A DNA stretch of 64,000 nucleotides, taken from contig JBGANV010000005.1 in assembly GCA_044222185.1 (NCBI GenBank), positions 1 through 64,000 of the forward strand, given 5' to 3'. Below the pieces are notes generated by a model. That model had not been told where the DNA came from. It did not search any database and was given only the letters and a program-made list of their open reading frames with translations. Position numbers and translations under genes: made by a program. This DNA comes from Planctomycetota bacterium (GTDB taxonomy: Bacteria; Planctomycetota; GCA-002687715; CAIWVZ01). Positions 62,622-64,000 of this stretch are shown piece by piece. Within the stretch, counting starts at the first letter, position 1. The number at the start of each line of letters is the position of its first letter.

Positions 62622-63473
62622 ATGGCAGCCAACCGCCTCGATCTTCCCGACCTGGGCCTGGGCCTGGGACTGCGTGCACCCCACGTCCGCGAGATCCTCG
62701 ATTCGCACCCGGCCGTCGGGTTCTTCGAGGTCATCTCCGAGAACTACATGGACACGCGAGGGCGCCCGCTCCAGACGCTGGATGCGATCGCCGCGCGGTA
62801 TCCCGTCGTGATGCACGGGGTCTCCATGTCGCTCGGCTCGGCGGATCCGCTCGACCGGAACTACCTCCGCAAGCTGAAGCAACTCGCGCATCGATGCCGG
62901 GCAAGCTGGGTCTCGGATCACCTCTGCTGGACCGGCGTGCTTGGAATCAACACGCACGACCTGCTTCCCCTCCCCTACACCGAGGCCGCCCTCGCGCACG
63001 TGACGGCGAGGATCCGCGAGGCCTCGGACTTCCTCGAGCGCCCGCTCGTGATCGAGAACCCATCGTCCTACGTCAGGTTCGCCGCCTCGTGCATGCCCGA
63101 GCACGAATTCCTCGCGCGCATGGCGGAGGACGCCGACTGCGGACTCCTGCTCGACGTGAACAACGTCTACGTGAGCGCCCGCAACCACGGATTCGACCCG
63201 GACGCCTACGTCGACGCCGTACCCGCCGACCGCGTCGTCCAGATCCATCTCGCGGGTCACTCGGACAACATCACGCACGTCATCGACACCCACGACGACC
63301 ACGTCGTCGACGAGGTCTGGCGGCTCTACGCGCGGCTTTGTGCGAGAACCGGCCCGGTCTCGACGATGATCGAGTGGGACGCGCGCATCCCGTCGTTCGA
63401 GGTTCTGCATTCGGAGGTCCAGAAGGCCGCTCCTCTGCGGCATGGAGGAGTCCCTCATGTCGCAGCACGGTGA
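62622..63473 (+). CDS. Multinuclear non-heme iron oxidative enzyme (MNIO, DUF692/BufB-like)
   Basis: GLGLRAPH, FEVISENYM, HGVSMSLG, SDHLCW, HDLLP, IENPSSY, LLDVNNVYV, QIHLAGH, IDTH and IEWD. Confidence 0.95.
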   Translation: MAANRLDLPDLGLGLGLRAPHVREILDSHPAVGFFEVISENYMDTRGRPLQTLDAIAARYPVVMHGVSMSLGSADPLDRNYLRKLKQLAHRCRASWVSDHLCWTGVLGINTHDLLPLPYTEAALAHVTARIREASDFLERPLVIENPSSYVRFAASCMPEHEFLARMAEDADCGLLLDVNNVYVSARNHGFDPDAYVDAVPADRVVQIHLAGHSDNITHVIDTHDDHVVDEVWRLYARLCARTGPVSTMIEWDARIPSFEVLHSEVQKAAPLRHGGVPHVAAR

Positions 63474-64000
63474 CGTGGAGTCGATGGCGCTCGACCGCCT
63501 CCAACGCTGGATGCAGGCCGTGATCATCCACCCCGGCACGACGGCGGAAGCGCTGGGTTCGCCCGATGCGTTGCGAGATGGATTGCCTGGCGGACTCGCG
63601 AGCGTGATCCTCCCGTCGAAGGCGCTCAGTGCCGCCGAGCATCTGTGCATCTACCGCGACATGTATCGCCTGCGCCTCGAACGCGCCCTCGCCGACGATC
63701 ATCCGGCGACGCTGCAGGTGCTCGGCCCGGACCGCTTCTCGGCGCTCGCTCGAGACTACATCACGAGACATCCGTCGCGGAGCTTCACGCTCAACGGGTA
63801 CGGCGCCGGTTTCGCGGCGTTCCTGGCGACGTCATCCGATCTGGATGCGGGGCAGCGCGCCTGGCTCGCCGACCTGGTCCGCCTCGAAGCGGCGATCGCC
63901 CACGTCCACGAGACGCCGACGGACGAGCCCGTGAGCCCGGCACGCCTCGCGGAGTTTCCGGCGGATGCGTGGGAGCACGCACGCCTCGTTCCGGTGTCGG
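63457..64000 (+). CDS. MNIO partner protein (DUF2063/BufC/HvfC-like), truncated by the window end
   Basis: GGAGGAG RBS; overlaps the DUF692 end; reads MSQHGD...LQRWMQAVI...IYRDMYRLRL..AL..DHP...LG..RF..LARDYI..HPS.S.TL..YG..F..FL...DL.RLE; absent from the ORF track because no stop lies in the window. Confidence 0.88.
   Translation, partial: MSQHGDVESMALDRLQRWMQAVIIHPGTTAEALGSPDALRDGLPGGLASVILPSKALSAAEHLCIYRDMYRLRLERALADDHPATLQVLGPDRFSALARDYITRHPSRSFTLNGYGAGFAAFLATSSDLDAGQRAWLADLVRLEAAIAHVHETPTDEPVSPARLAEFPADAWEHARLVPVS

Overview
This is a GC-rich (roughly 70% by eye), gene-dense bacterial chromosome segment, probably Planctomycetota; that is inferred from the FG-GAP and beta-propeller secreted proteins, the ECF/anti-sigma pair and the secretin-like motifs. 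It holds about 43 CDSs. These include a fused GltD/NfnA-like flavoprotein, acetoacetate-CoA ligase, an AbmA-like aromatic-CoA monooxygenase, a six-gene CoA-thioester catabolic operon, copA-sppA-dapF-LOG, a three-gene phosphorelay and cutC. Four things stand out. (1) A tandem array of eight 195-bp fold-back (REPIN/BIME-like) elements at 26961-30373 carries a 1.87-kb group II intron with a frameshifted RT, inserted precisely 2 nt inside unit 4 and antisense to the flanking genes. (2) An MNIO (DUF692/DUF2063) RiPP cluster at the right edge has a lipoprotein-type precursor with three C-x5-C repeats. (3) Two tandem paralogues each carry a duplicated secretin-like motif. (4) A recurrent ~110-140 aa C-terminal domain ends five or six otherwise unrelated secreted proteins, suggesting an undescribed sorting signal. 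All family assignments come from motif recognition by eye; no database search was run.
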